From Nitrosopumilus sp. (GTDB lineage: Archaea > Thermoproteota > Nitrososphaeria > Nitrososphaerales > Nitrosopumilaceae), in contig OZ242041.1 in NCBI GenBank assembly GCA_965205215.1, positions 1,312,001 through 1,376,000 on the forward strand: a stretch of DNA of 64,000 bases, written 5' to 3'. Of this stretch, positions 18,612 to 29,068 are shown piece after piece (within the stretch, counting starts at the first letter, position 1; each line of letters begins with the position of its first letter). The translations under genes were made by a program, and so were the position numbers. The notes below the pieces were generated by a model. It ran no database searches. It had not been told where the DNA came from and saw nothing but the letters and a program-made list of their open reading frames with translations.

Positions 18612-20081
18612 TCATATGCTGCCCACGGTGGCCTTGCCGCGTACGGAGGGGCCGCCGTTTCCCATCGCAAGGGACTGCATAGGATCCCCCTTGCCGCAGT
18701 TTGTTATGGGCGTTACCTCAAAGTCCTTGCCGCACGCCGACACCGATCCGAAAAGGCCTGGGGCTGTCCCGGACACTACGACGTCCCTTACCGTCTCTGC
18801 CAGCTCGCCGCCTGTGATCTTCCGCGCGTACTGGCACGAGATGCTCCAGTTGTACCTGTTCATGTCTATTGACGGTATCTTCATGTCATATATTGCATAT
18901 CCGTCCCTGATGTCCCGGATCATCTCGTCGACGGCGTGGTCGCCCGGTTCTATGCACGTGCAGGCCATGCGTATCAGCGGCATGAACCCGTAGCCGGCGG
19001 CCCTCATGTTGCCCGTGGGCTCGGCGCCGTACGCGGCGGCAGTCTCCCTGCTCTGCATGTGGCCTTGCAGGACGCCGTGCTTGACCAGCTGCGTCCTTGA
19101 GGACTTGACCCCCTCGTCGTCATAATCGTACCACCCGAGGCTGCCGGGCGCGGTTGGATCGTCAAACACGCTCAGCGGCTCTGATGCTATCTTGCTGCCT
19201 GTCATGCCGCCCCACCACGCCCCTCCGGCCCATGCCATCTCCCTTCCCATCACGCGGTCGGCCTCTGAGGGGTGGCCCAGGATTTCGTGCACAAGCAGGG
19301 CCACAAAGTTCGGGTTCATTACGACGTCCGCGTCGGCCGTACGCTTTGCCGTACCGGCCGCTGCAAGATCCGCGGCCCTTGACGCTACGTACAGCCCCCT
19401 TGAGTGTGACTCGCCGTCTATCGCCTCCAGTCCTCCTCTGCCGCCGACAGTCGAGTCGACTGTGCGCGTAATGCGGCCCCCGCTCCTTGCATTGTCCGCA
19501 GTCGCAGTCGCGGTCATTGAGATTGTGGTGTCCGTATACTCCTCAAGTATGTCGGCGCCCTCGCTGCTTGTAAAGTATTTTGCGACCTTTTCAAACTGCG
19601 GGGCCGTAACGGAGTTTGTTATGTGCGGCATGCCTGAGATGGCCTTGCTGCACTCGAGTCCCAGCGACATGATCGAGTCGGGGTCCGGATTCTTTGCAAC
19701 GCGGCGGGTGATCCTTGCGGTGCGGGGCCTGATGTCGCGTAGTGCGATGCTGGCGCGTGGCGCCGTTATCGTCTTTCCTGCATGCGGCCCTTCCTCTTCC
19801 ACCTTCCGCGCCCCCGGGCCGGCTCCGTCTATGGCGCCTCTCACCTCGTCTGCCGATTCCGGACTGGATACTGACACGAACCTCCAGACGCGTCCGCCGT
19901 CAAGAATCCTGATGCCGAGCCCTGAATCAGACACGTCCCTGACATGATCGATCCTGCCGTTCTCCACGAGTACCTGTGTGCCGGTGCGCGTCTCTGCCCT
20001 GGCGTCGCAGTATGCGACCCCCGGCAGGCCTGACGCATACCTGACTGCCCCGCAGGCCAGGTCCTCCAGATGCCCGTCCAT
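18612..20081 (-). CDS. tldD: TldD/PmbA family metalloprotease
   Basis: HEILGHPSEADR, YDYDDEG, CGKGDPMQ...GGP. Confidence 0.9.
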   Translation of the reverse strand: MDGHLEDLACGAVRYASGLPGVAYCDARAETRTGTQVLVENGRIDHVRDVSDSGLGIRILDGGRVWRFVSVSSPESADEVRGAIDGAGPGARKVEEEGPHAGKTITAPRASIALRDIRPRTARITRRVAKNPDPDSIMSLGLECSKAISGMPHITNSVTAPQFEKVAKYFTSSEGADILEEYTDTTISMTATATADNARSGGRITRTVDSTVGGRGGLEAIDGESHSRGLYVASRAADLAAAGTAKRTADADVVMNPNFVALLVHEILGHPSEADRVMGREMAWAGGAWWGGMTGSKIASEPLSVFDDPTAPGSLGWYDYDDEGVKSSRTQLVKHGVLQGHMQSRETAAAYGAEPTGNMRAAGYGFMPLIRMACTCIEPGDHAVDEMIRDIRDGYAIYDMKIPSIDMNRYNWSISCQYARKITGGELAETVRDVVVSGTAPGLFGSVSACGKDFEVTPITNCGKGDPMQSLAMGNGGPSVRGKATVGSI

Positions 20082-20184
20082 GTCTCTGCGTGACGCGCCC
20101 CTCTCCTAAACTCTTACTGTTGGTCTATGGTTCCTGCCGGCCCCTTTGCCGCCCCCGCGCCCGGTTTATGGACACGAGCTGTCG

Positions 20185-20337
20185 TTAATCTTCGGCCTTG
20201 CCGGAAATTCCGGGCATTGTGAAGTAGTACTCGTCCTCGAATTCAAAGTCCGTGGAGCCCTTTGACCGGAGCGCCTTGAAATACTCTGCGCAGTCCTCGT
20301 AGAACTTGGTGTTCTGCGCACGCCGCAGTCTTCCCAT
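20185..20337 (-). CDS. Small hypothetical protein, 50 aa (not in ORF track)
   Basis: Hand translation MGRLRRAQNTKFYEDCAEYFKALRSKGSTDFEFEDEYYFTMPGISGKAED; typical codon usage. Confidence 0.65.
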   Translation of the reverse strand: MGRLRRAQNTKFYEDCAEYFKALRSKGSTDFEFEDEYYFTMPGISGKAED

Positions 20338-20607
20338 GCCGTGCAGTCAAGGGCCGTGAATATGCGGCGCGATGTTGGATTTTCCGGCCCGTTTGGCGCG
20401 TATTTCTTGAGCCTTGACGCCGCATGGCCCTGCCTCCCCGCCGCTGTCCCGGCCACCCCAAAAAACATCATCCCCATCATCACCATCCCCGCCAAAAAAC
20501 ACCGCCGCCTTGTCACATGCGCTTCTTTTTTTTTCGGCACCCAGGCCGTGCCATGTCATGTGTCTGCGTACAAAGGGTTTTATCACGAGCCGGGGCCGTC
20601 CCCTTGA

Positions 20608-22737
20608 TTGGACAAGGTTGTGGCAGACACAAGCGTCGTGATAAGCGGACAGCTTGCATCCCAGATTGAATCCGGCTCGGTACGCTCCGTTGAGGTGATA
20701 ATTCCGCAGGCAGTGGTCGACGAGCTGCAGTCCCAGGCCTCGTCCGGGCGCGGACAGGGATTCGTGGGACTACAGAGGCTTGACCACCTCCGCGAGATGG
20801 CCGGACAGTTCGGGCTTGAGGTGTCCCACAGGGGCCAGCACGTCTCGTCTGCTGACATAGACCTAGCCGGGTCAGGGCGCATAGACGCGATAATAACCGA
20901 CGTGGCAAGGGACGAGGGCGCCACGCTCTACACGTCTGACAAGGTGCAGCACTTGGCCGCCAAGTCCCAGGGGATCCCGGCCGTCTTTCTGAGGGACGAC
21001 GCCGCCCGCGGGCCCTCCGAGGAGGACCTGGAGTTTCTGCGGTTCTTTGATTCTGATACGATGTCCGTCCACCTAAAGGAGAGGCAGCCGCCCCTTGCAA
21101 AGAGGGGCAGGCCCGGCGAGTTCAAGCTGGTGGAGATTCCGTCTGACCCGCTTGACCGGCAATACCTTGAGACGCTGTCCTCGCAGATAATTGACGCCGT
21201 ACACGCCACGGAACAGAGCACGGTTGAGATCTCCATGGAGGGGGCCACAGTGGTGCAGCACGGGGACTATCGCATTGCAATGACGCGCCCCCCCTTCTCC
21301 GAGTCCTTCGAGGTTACGATCGTGCATCCGACGACGAAGATGTCCCTGTCTGACTACGACGTGTCAGAGGCCCTCACGAAGAGGCTCAGCGGGATGGCAG
21401 AGGGCATCGTGATTGCGGGGCCGCCCGGCTCCGGGAAGAGCACGCTTGCCTCCAGCCTGGGGAACTTTTACCACCAGCAGGGCCAGATAGTAAAGACGTT
21501 CGAGTCGCCAAGGGACCTGCAGGTGGACTCGGGCGTCACGCAGTACAGCAAGCTTGAGGGCAGCTTTGAGAACACGGCTGACATACTGCTGCTCGTGCGG
21601 CCCGACTATACCATATTTGACGAGGTGCGCCGCAGGGAGGACTTTGAGACGTTTGCGGATCTGAGGATGACCGGTGTCGGAATGGTCGGCGTGGTGCACG
21701 CAAACTCGCCCATCGACGCCATACAGCGGTTCATCGGCAAGATAGAGCTTGGCATGATCCCAAACGTGCTTGACACGGTGATCTTCGTCAGGGCCGGCAG
21801 GATAGACACCGTGTACGACCTCCGGCTGGAGGTAAAGGTGCCGTCGGGCATGACCGAGTCGGACCTTGCGAGGCCCGTTATAGTGGTGAAGGACCTTGAG
21901 CGCAATCGCGCGGCATACGAGGTGTACACGTTTGGCGAGGAGAACGTGATAGTGCCGATATCGCCGGACAAGGCCGGCGGGAAGAGCCGCGGGGGGGTCT
22001 ACAGGCTGGCCTCCGAGAAGGTGCTTGAGGTGGTAAGAAAGTACGACAGGCGCGCAGAGGTGGAGTTCGCGTCCGAGGACAGGGCCAGAATTATTGTATC
22101 AAAAAAGCACAAGGCCCGCATAATAGGCAAGGGAGGCTCCAAGATAGAGCAGCTCCAGGACCACCTCGGCGTCCACCTTGACGTCCGGACCCGGGAGGAG
22201 ATGCAAGAGAGCCGGGAGGCGGCAGGCCTGGATGCGCCGCTCGAAGACGGCGATGCGGGAGGCCGTTACGGCGCGTCGGATACCGAGTATGAGGATCTCA
22301 ACGGCGTTGACGGGGGCAGCTACAACGGCGGCGTCGATTTCAATGGCAGCGGCAACAACAACAGCAGCAGCGGAAATGATGACGATGGCGATGATGATGA
22401 TGGTTATGGCAGCGCCGCCGACTACGACGACTACCGCTCCGGCCGCGAACGCCGCCCGTCGCGCTCTTCTGGGAGGCGCCGTAGGCGCGGTTCTGACGCC
22501 GCCGCTGCCGAGCTGAAGTTCTCATTCTCAAGCAACCGCAATCTGATCCTCATAGACGTGGGCCGAAAGCATCCCTCTAGAAACGTAGAGATTGTGGGCC
22601 GCGACGGCAGGCAGATTGCGACCGGGTGGACGAACAAAAAGGGCGTCGTAAAGATCTCGACGCGCGCGCCGGGGGGCCGCGCCATACTTGACACCGACTT
22701 GCCAGAACGCGATATTGTGGTAAGGCTGGCCGACTGA
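20608..22737 (+). CDS. PINA-type PIN-domain ATPase with KH domain
   Basis: PIN VADTS, Walker A GPPGSGKST, FESPRDLQ, RPDYTIFDEVR, KH IIGKGG; acidic low-complexity insert. Confidence 0.9.
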   Translation: MDKVVADTSVVISGQLASQIESGSVRSVEVIIPQAVVDELQSQASSGRGQGFVGLQRLDHLREMAGQFGLEVSHRGQHVSSADIDLAGSGRIDAIITDVARDEGATLYTSDKVQHLAAKSQGIPAVFLRDDAARGPSEEDLEFLRFFDSDTMSVHLKERQPPLAKRGRPGEFKLVEIPSDPLDRQYLETLSSQIIDAVHATEQSTVEISMEGATVVQHGDYRIAMTRPPFSESFEVTIVHPTTKMSLSDYDVSEALTKRLSGMAEGIVIAGPPGSGKSTLASSLGNFYHQQGQIVKTFESPRDLQVDSGVTQYSKLEGSFENTADILLLVRPDYTIFDEVRRREDFETFADLRMTGVGMVGVVHANSPIDAIQRFIGKIELGMIPNVLDTVIFVRAGRIDTVYDLRLEVKVPSGMTESDLARPVIVVKDLERNRAAYEVYTFGEENVIVPISPDKAGGKSRGGVYRLASEKVLEVVRKYDRRAEVEFASEDRARIIVSKKHKARIIGKGGSKIEQLQDHLGVHLDVRTREEMQESREAAGLDAPLEDGDAGGRYGASDTEYEDLNGVDGGSYNGGVDFNGSGNNNSSSGNDDDGDDDDGYGSAADYDDYRSGRERRPSRSSGRRRRRGSDAAAAELKFSFSSNRNLILIDVGRKHPSRNVEIVGRDGRQIATGWTNKKGVVKISTRAPGGRAILDTDLPERDIVVRLAD

Positions 22738-22768
22738 CAGACTGCTACTACTGTTGCTGCTACTGGAT

Positions 22769-23284
22769 CTAGCGCGCGGCATCCGAGTCCGTCTTGCCTG
22801 CTGGCTTGCCGTCTTCTCTCCGGGACGTCCCCCCGAATCCGGATATTACGCCTGGGTTTGCCTTCAGGTATGTGACGAACTTTCGCAGCTGCCTGGTGGT
22901 CTCCGGGTTGAGGTGGTGCTCTATGCCCTCGGCGTCCTGGCTTGCCGCGTCGTGCCTGATCCCGAGCATCCCGAAGAACTCGATGAGCGTATCGTGCTTT
23001 TGCCTTATGCCCTCTGCTATGCGGGCTCCGCTGGGCGTCAGGTTTATTCCGCGGTATTTCTCGTGCTCTATGTGCCCCAGCTCGTCGAGTCTCTTGAGCA
23101 TCTGCGTGACGCTGGGTGCGCTGACGTCCATGTACCTTGAGACGTCAAGCGTGGTGGCATATCCCTTGAGCTCCACCAGTTCTGCAATGACCTCTAGGTA
23201 GTCCTCCATGCGGGAGCTGGAGCGGAGGCGCTCGGACTTGTGGGCCGCCTTTATGGACTCCAGGCGTCTGCTGTCCCTTGCCAT
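22769..23284 (-). CDS. DtxR/MntR family metal-dependent regulator
   Basis: MEDYLEVI, VSAPSVTQMLKRL, DAEGIEHHL. Confidence 0.92.
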   Translation of the reverse strand: MARDSRRLESIKAAHKSERLRSSSRMEDYLEVIAELVELKGYATTLDVSRYMDVSAPSVTQMLKRLDELGHIEHEKYRGINLTPSGARIAEGIRQKHDTLIEFFGMLGIRHDAASQDAEGIEHHLNPETTRQLRKFVTYLKANPGVISGFGGTSRREDGKPAGKTDSDAAR

Positions 23285-23489
23285 ACCCTTGTGACGGGCA
23301 GGCGGGTATAATTGGGTGTTTTCAATGCCGCCCCTGCCTGTGCCGTGCAGGCATGGGCGCGCTTGCACGCGCATCGCGTACGGACGCCGTGCCTGCCCCC
23401 GCCGTGCCCCCGTACCCGAGGCGGGGCTGCCTGCCGGCTGCCGTCCGCGGACGGTGAGTCCTTATCTAGTTATTCTGTCATGCTCGATC

Positions 23490-23834
23490 ATGCATCCGGA
23501 CGACCCCGTGCGCAGGCGCATGGAACGCATCAGGCACATATCGCGCTCTGCCGCGGCCCGCTCCGATCTGTATAAAGACGTCGCAAGGGTGGGGCACAAC
23601 GCCATATCGGACGGCTCCCTGAAGTACCTGAGGAACGCGCCCGCCCCCGGCAAAAAGATCCAAAAGATCGGCTTCATCATGCTCTGGATTCCGGAGCCGA
23701 CCGGCGTCACGTGCGCCGTGGGGGCCCCCATGATCCTAGCGGGACGCTACCTCGAGAAGAGGTACAACAGCTCGACCATACACGAGATCGGGCACGTGAC
23801 AAAAAACACAATCTCCACGATGCGGGACCTGTAG
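23490..23834 (+). CDS. Hypothetical protein
   Basis: GFIMLWIPEPTGVTCAVGAPMILAG hydrophobic core. Confidence 0.65.
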   Translation: MHPDDPVRRRMERIRHISRSAAARSDLYKDVARVGHNAISDGSLKYLRNAPAPGKKIQKIGFIMLWIPEPTGVTCAVGAPMILAGRYLEKRYNSSTIHEIGHVTKNTISTMRDL

Positions 23835-23919
23835 CGCGTGCGCGCAGCCTGTACACGCTACCGGATCTCGGACTTGACACCGCAAGTACAATTTTAAGAC
23901 GACACGCGGCACGCCGATC

Positions 23920-24411
23920 ATGGCGACGCGTGCGCAGATACTCATACCCATATCGATCGCGGCCGTGATCGTGGGCGTGGCCGGGATTTATTCGATACCC
24001 CAGGATAGCAAGCTTGAGACCGTCGAGTTTCCGCGCGGCATGATAAAGGTGGACGACGTGGCCCTTGAGGTCCAGATAGCGGACACCGAGCCGCGCCGCG
24101 TCAGGGGGCTGATGTTCCAGGAGCAGCTGCCCTACGACCAGGGGATGATATTCGTGTTCCAAGAGCCCGGGGCGTACTCGCTGTGGATGCTCAACATGCA
24201 GTTTCCACTTGACATGATATGGTTTGACGAGGATGGCGCGGTGGTGCACATAGAGCAGGGCGTGCAGCCGTGCAAGACGGCGCTCGAGATCACCACCTGC
24301 CAGAGCATAGTGCCCGGCGGCATGGCAACGTACATCTTGGAGGTCACGGCCGGCTTTGTGGAGATGCACGGCATCACGGGGGACTCGAGGCTCTCCATAA
24401 TCTCGATCTGA
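23920..24411 (+). CDS. DUF192 domain protein
   Basis: ADT...RGLMF, GMIFVF, WMLNMQFPLDMIW, YILEV.AG. Confidence 0.9.
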   Translation: MATRAQILIPISIAAVIVGVAGIYSIPQDSKLETVEFPRGMIKVDDVALEVQIADTEPRRVRGLMFQEQLPYDQGMIFVFQEPGAYSLWMLNMQFPLDMIWFDEDGAVVHIEQGVQPCKTALEITTCQSIVPGGMATYILEVTAGFVEMHGITGDSRLSIISI

Positions 24412-24474
24412 GGCGAGCCGGCGGCCCCGGCCTGCGGCAAATCCTTATTTCTGCACGCGTGCAGTTATGGTATA

Positions 24475-25149
24475 ATGCGAAGGATACTGATGCTGCCCAT
24501 CCTGCTTGGCGCCGCGGCCGCGGTATCCTTTGCGGGGCTGCTGGCATCTGGCGGCCTGACAGCAGAGTTGCCGCCGTCGCCGCCACAACAACCGCAGCAG
24601 CCTGTAGACCTTGGCAAGGTCTTCACGTACTATGACGTCGAGCTCGTCTCTGCGGAGCTGGAGGCGCGAGGACTCTCGCTGTCCCCGCCTGCGCCGATCA
24701 CGGATCATACCATACCCCAGTACTGCGCGTACTATGACGCCGAGGCCGACGGCGGGCTCGCGTCCACCTCGTACTGCACCACGAGCGGCATTGTGGACTC
24801 AAACGGCATCACCGTCGGGAACGTCAACTTGGGCGGCGACACAAGCTCTCCCGTGGTGGCGGTCGTTGCACTTGACCCCGTTCCGCCCACCAGCACGGGC
24901 CGCGGGCACGCAGACGCGATATTTGAGAGCGTGATAGCGGGGCTCGTGTGCGACTGCTGGCGCGAGCAAGAGCCCGGTGGGTTCGAGTCGGTGTCGGCGT
25001 GGATGGCCAAGGCCGAGTCCCTGCTGGAAGAGAGCGCGGACGGACGGCCGCTAAAGTCCACGATATCGGGGCTCGGGGGAACCGACATTATACTAGAGGC
25101 CGCCCCGGCCCCGGGCGGATACCAGTGGACCATGTTCATACTGCAGTGA
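24475..25149 (+). CDS. Secreted hypothetical protein
   Basis: Signal peptide; QYC, YCTT, VCDCW Cys pattern. Confidence 0.7.
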   Translation: MRRILMLPILLGAAAAVSFAGLLASGGLTAELPPSPPQQPQQPVDLGKVFTYYDVELVSAELEARGLSLSPPAPITDHTIPQYCAYYDAEADGGLASTSYCTTSGIVDSNGITVGNVNLGGDTSSPVVAVVALDPVPPTSTGRGHADAIFESVIAGLVCDCWREQEPGGFESVSAWMAKAESLLEESADGRPLKSTISGLGGTDIILEAAPAPGGYQWTMFILQ

Positions 25150-25303
25150 CCGCGTGCGCGAGGGACCCTCCCCCGGCGCGCTTGCTTGGACGCCCCCTGC
25201 CGATGCCGCTTCTGCCTGCTTCGCGCCAGCGTTACCCCCCCTGCCTCGTGCATCCTCACGCACAAACAGTAGGTTATTATCCAAACCGCCGGCCGCGCAT
25301 GTA

Positions 25304-26416
25304 GTGGCCGACAAGATAAAGCAGAACTCGCACGTCCTGTTCTACTACAACCGCTCAAAGAAATGGCTCGTGCGCATTGCGCGCGCGGATGTGCTCCACA
25401 CCCACATCGGGGTGCTGAGGCACTCTGACGCAATCGGGAAGGAGTACGGCTCCCGGCTGACCACGAACAAGTCCAAGTACGTCTACCTGCTGCGGCCCAC
25501 GCTGTACGACTATACCATGAAGCTGCAGCACGGGACGCAGATCGTGTACCCCAAGGAGCTGGGATACATAGTGGCGCGCGCGGGGATTGGAAGCGGGCAG
25601 AAGGTACTCGAGGTGGGGACGGGCAGCGGCTCCCTCACGTCGTTTGTGGCCAACGTGGTGCGGCCGCGGGGGCACGTCTACTCCTTTGACGTGGACTCCA
25701 AGTTCATGGAGATCGCGCAAAAAAACATCGACCGCGCGGGCGTCTCAAAGTACGTGACGCTCCAGAACCTGGACATAAAGGAGCTGGATGCGACGGATGA
25801 TGCAGACAGTGACGGCGGCTCTCCTGCCTCCGAACTGCCCGTATCCGGCGCCGACGTGGCGCTGATAGACTTGGGTGATCCGTGGGAGGTGCTGCCCCAG
25901 GTCAGGCGCATGCTGCGGGGCAGTGGCTGCGTGTTTGCAGTGTGCCCCACCATGAACCAGCTTGAGAAACTCTCCGCGTCGCTTGTCGAGAACGAGTTTA
26001 CCGACATTGAGTCTACCGAACTCATACTGCGCAATATAGAGGCCCGCCAGGGCAAGACGCGTCACTCCTTCCAGGGCATAGGGCACACCACGTACCTGTG
26101 CTTTGCGCGCAAGGCCTATTTTGAGAGGGACGCGGACGCGCATGGCGCCGGCGCCGCCGATCGCGTCATTGACGATGATGACGGCGATGGCGGCAACGAT
26201 GACGACGGCAGCGACGACCGCGGGGACGACGGCAACAGCCCTTCCACCACCGCAGGTGTCACCGACACTGCCCGCGCAAAGCCCTCCGCCAAGGCGGGGC
26301 GCACCGCAAAAAAACCCGATCCGCCAAGGCCCAGAAAGGGTGGGCGCACCGCGTCACCAAAGGGCTCCCCGGCCTCAAGAAAGGCAGCGCCTGCAAAGAG
26401 GCCCAAGGCAGCGTGA
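25304..26416 (+). CDS. trmI: tRNA (adenine-N1)-methyltransferase (TrmI/GCD14 family)
   Basis: TQIVYPK, EVGTGSGSL, DLGDPW, GHTTYL; long low-complexity C-terminal tail. Confidence 0.9.
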   Translation: MADKIKQNSHVLFYYNRSKKWLVRIARADVLHTHIGVLRHSDAIGKEYGSRLTTNKSKYVYLLRPTLYDYTMKLQHGTQIVYPKELGYIVARAGIGSGQKVLEVGTGSGSLTSFVANVVRPRGHVYSFDVDSKFMEIAQKNIDRAGVSKYVTLQNLDIKELDATDDADSDGGSPASELPVSGADVALIDLGDPWEVLPQVRRMLRGSGCVFAVCPTMNQLEKLSASLVENEFTDIESTELILRNIEARQGKTRHSFQGIGHTTYLCFARKAYFERDADAHGAGAADRVIDDDDGDGGNDDDGSDDRGDDGNSPSTTAGVTDTARAKPSAKAGRTAKKPDPPRPRKGGRTASPKGSPASRKAAPAKRPKAA

Positions 26417-26572
26417 TGGCGCCCACTTCCGAACCATCCGTCCTGCACGGCTGCACGACTGGCCTTTTCTGGCCGCGCGCCCGCGCCGCGAGATTGAACA
26501 GAAATTTATTTCCCCGCGACGCGCCCATACGTGTTGCCGACAGGCTTTGATCTCTCATGTATCGGGGAAACG

Positions 26573-27493
26573 ATGTACGGCGTGCCGGTCGTCACGTCCG
26601 GAACCAACGCCTCTGCGCTCTTCCCCGCCCGGGACGAGAATTCGCGCAAGGGGCAGAACGGCAAGACCCTCGTGGTGGGCGGCAGCTACCTGTACCACGG
26701 GGCCCCGATACTGTCATCCCTTGCGGCCCTGAGGTTCGGCTCCGACCTGGTATACACGGCGGTGCCAAAGCATAATGTGTCGGCTACCCGGGCGGCATCA
26801 CCCGACCTGATTGTGGTGCCAATGGCCGACGCCAAGCTGACTAGGGGCTCTGCCTCAAAGCTTCTCGGGATGCTGCCCGTGGGGCTCGACTCTGCCGCGA
26901 TTGGAATGGGGCTCGCCGTGGCCGAGCGCGGGGCGCTGCTGAAACTTGTAAAGTCGCTGATCGAGATGGACGTGCGTCTGGTCCTTGACGCGTCGGCGCT
27001 CGTACCGGACGTACTGCCCCTGCTGCCCGGTTCCAACTGCATCGTCACGCCGCATCCCGGCGAGTTTGAGCACCTCTTTGGTGCGGCGGTGCCCCCGGCG
27101 TCTGACATGGATTCGAGAATACGCGTCGTATCTGAGCACGCCTCTGATCACCGCGTCACGGTACTCCTAAAGGGGCGCACGGACGTCATATCCGACGGTA
27201 CCGGCACCTGCCTGTGCAGCACGGGCGTGCCTGGAATGACGGTGGGCGGAACGGGCGACGTCCTGGCAGGAGTGGCCGCCGGGGCGCTTGCCACATGCAG
27301 GAACCCGATGCAGGCCGCGGTAGCCGCCGCATACACCAACGGGCGCGCAGGCGAGATTGCCGCATCCGGGCGGGGCCACCACCTGCTGGCAAGCGACCTG
27401 ATCGAGGCGATTCCTACGGCCGTCTTTGAATATGACCGGATTGACGCGCGCGGGCGTGTGGAATCCGGGGATGCCGGCGGGGATGGCGCCTGA
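26573..27493 (+). CDS. nnrD: ADP/ATP-dependent NAD(P)H-hydrate dehydratase
   Basis: KGQNG..LVVGGS..Y.GAP, TPHPGEF, GGTGDVLAG; start may be 26531. Confidence 0.9.
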   Translation: MYGVPVVTSGTNASALFPARDENSRKGQNGKTLVVGGSYLYHGAPILSSLAALRFGSDLVYTAVPKHNVSATRAASPDLIVVPMADAKLTRGSASKLLGMLPVGLDSAAIGMGLAVAERGALLKLVKSLIEMDVRLVLDASALVPDVLPLLPGSNCIVTPHPGEFEHLFGAAVPPASDMDSRIRVVSEHASDHRVTVLLKGRTDVISDGTGTCLCSTGVPGMTVGGTGDVLAGVAAGALATCRNPMQAAVAAAYTNGRAGEIAASGRGHHLLASDLIEAIPTAVFEYDRIDARGRVESGDAGGDGA

Positions 27494-29022
27494 TGGCGCG
27501 CAAAGCGTACGGCTCGCAGAGGCGGCGCGCCGCACGCGGCAGCGGCCATGCCGGCGGCGGAGGCGCCGCGGATGCCTCCGACGACAGCAGCGGCCGCGCC
27601 AAAAGCTCTGGACTTGAGGCCGCCCTGTCTGGGGTTGCCGCCGACACCGAGAGGATGGTCCTGGACCTTCAACAGATGATCAGGCAGCCGAGCGTCTCTG
27701 CGAGGGGCGAGGGACTCGAGGAGTGCGCCCTCCTGCTGAACTCGATGCTTGAGGACGCGGGACTCGATTCCGAGGTGCTGTACCTGAAACCGGGCGGAGG
27801 GCGCGCGTCCGGGACTCGCGCCGGGCCACCATCGTCGCCGCCGCCGCCGCCGGTGGTGTATGCTGAGAGGCGCTCGGAGTCGAACCCGGGCAAGACCCTC
27901 CTGTTCTACAATCACTATGACGTGCAGCCCGAGGAGCCTGTCGAGCTGTGGCGGTACGGCCCGTTTGACGCAGTCCGGCGTGGAAACCGGGTGTACGGGC
28001 GCGGCGCGATAGACGACAAGGGCGAGATTGCCGCGAGAATCCAGGCGGTGGGCTCGTACATCCGGGAGACCGGGGACGTGCCGTGCAACATAAAGTTCGT
28101 CATAGAGGGGGAGGAGGAGATTGGCAGCGGGCACCTTCCGCGGTATCTGTCACGGTACCGCAGGAAGTTTGCGTGCGACGGCGTCATATGGGAGTTTGGA
28201 TACGTGGACCCGCGCGGCCGCCCCGTAGTCGGGTTGGGCATGAAGGGGCTCATGTTCGTCGAGTTGACGGCCAGGGGGCCTGCCAGGGACGCGCACTCCA
28301 GCTTGGCGGTCCTGATAAAGAACCCCGCGTGGCGCATAGTCGAGGCGCTGAACACCATGCGCCGGGCTGACGGCCGCATCACCATACCGGGATGGTACGA
28401 CGACGTCCGGAGGCTCACTGCCCGCGACGTCCGGCTGCTTGAGGCCGAGGAGTTTGACGAGGCGTCCTTCAGGAGGGAGTACGGCGTGGACGGCTTTGTT
28501 GGGGGATTGCGTGGGCTCGGGGCCAAAAAGGCGCTTGCAGGCGCGGCCACCTGCAATATTGCGGGCATATCGTCAGGCTATTCGGGCAGCGGCGCCAAGA
28601 CCGTGCTGCCCGCAGTTGCGGTTGCAAAGCTTGACTTTAGGCTGGTGCCGGACATGGTGCCCTCAAGGCAGTTCGGCCTCATAACAAGGCATCTGGAGGC
28701 AAACGGCTTTGCAGACGTGCGGGCCCGGATGCTTCACGGCGAGGCGGCCGCGCGGACGGACCCGTCGGAGCAGTTTGTACGGCACGTGCGCGACGCCGCG
28801 TCGGCATCGTTTGGCTCCGAGCCCGTGGTGTGCATATCAAACCCCGCCACGGGGCCCATGCACGCCTTCCAGAAGGCGCTGGGGGCCCCGTGCGTCTCGG
28901 TGGGCGGCACGTACGTGTTCTCTAAGATCCACTCGCCAAACGAGTTTGCGCGCATAGATCTGCTCAAAAAGACCGCCGCCTGCATGTGCCGGATAATGGA
29001 CGTGTTCGGCAGGCAGAGCTGA
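27493..29022 (+). CDS. M20/M25/M40 family metallopeptidase
   Basis: HYDVQP, GRGAIDDKG, EGEEEIGS, HSPNE. Confidence 0.92.
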   Translation: MARKAYGSQRRRAARGSGHAGGGGAADASDDSSGRAKSSGLEAALSGVAADTERMVLDLQQMIRQPSVSARGEGLEECALLLNSMLEDAGLDSEVLYLKPGGGRASGTRAGPPSSPPPPPVVYAERRSESNPGKTLLFYNHYDVQPEEPVELWRYGPFDAVRRGNRVYGRGAIDDKGEIAARIQAVGSYIRETGDVPCNIKFVIEGEEEIGSGHLPRYLSRYRRKFACDGVIWEFGYVDPRGRPVVGLGMKGLMFVELTARGPARDAHSSLAVLIKNPAWRIVEALNTMRRADGRITIPGWYDDVRRLTARDVRLLEAEEFDEASFRREYGVDGFVGGLRGLGAKKALAGAATCNIAGISSGYSGSGAKTVLPAVAVAKLDFRLVPDMVPSRQFGLITRHLEANGFADVRARMLHGEAAARTDPSEQFVRHVRDAASASFGSEPVVCISNPATGPMHAFQKALGAPCVSVGGTYVFSKIHSPNEFARIDLLKKTAACMCRIMDVFGRQS

Positions 29023-29068
29023 CCGACGCGCGTAGGTGAAAGGCTGCAGCCGCCCGGGCGGCCCGCGT

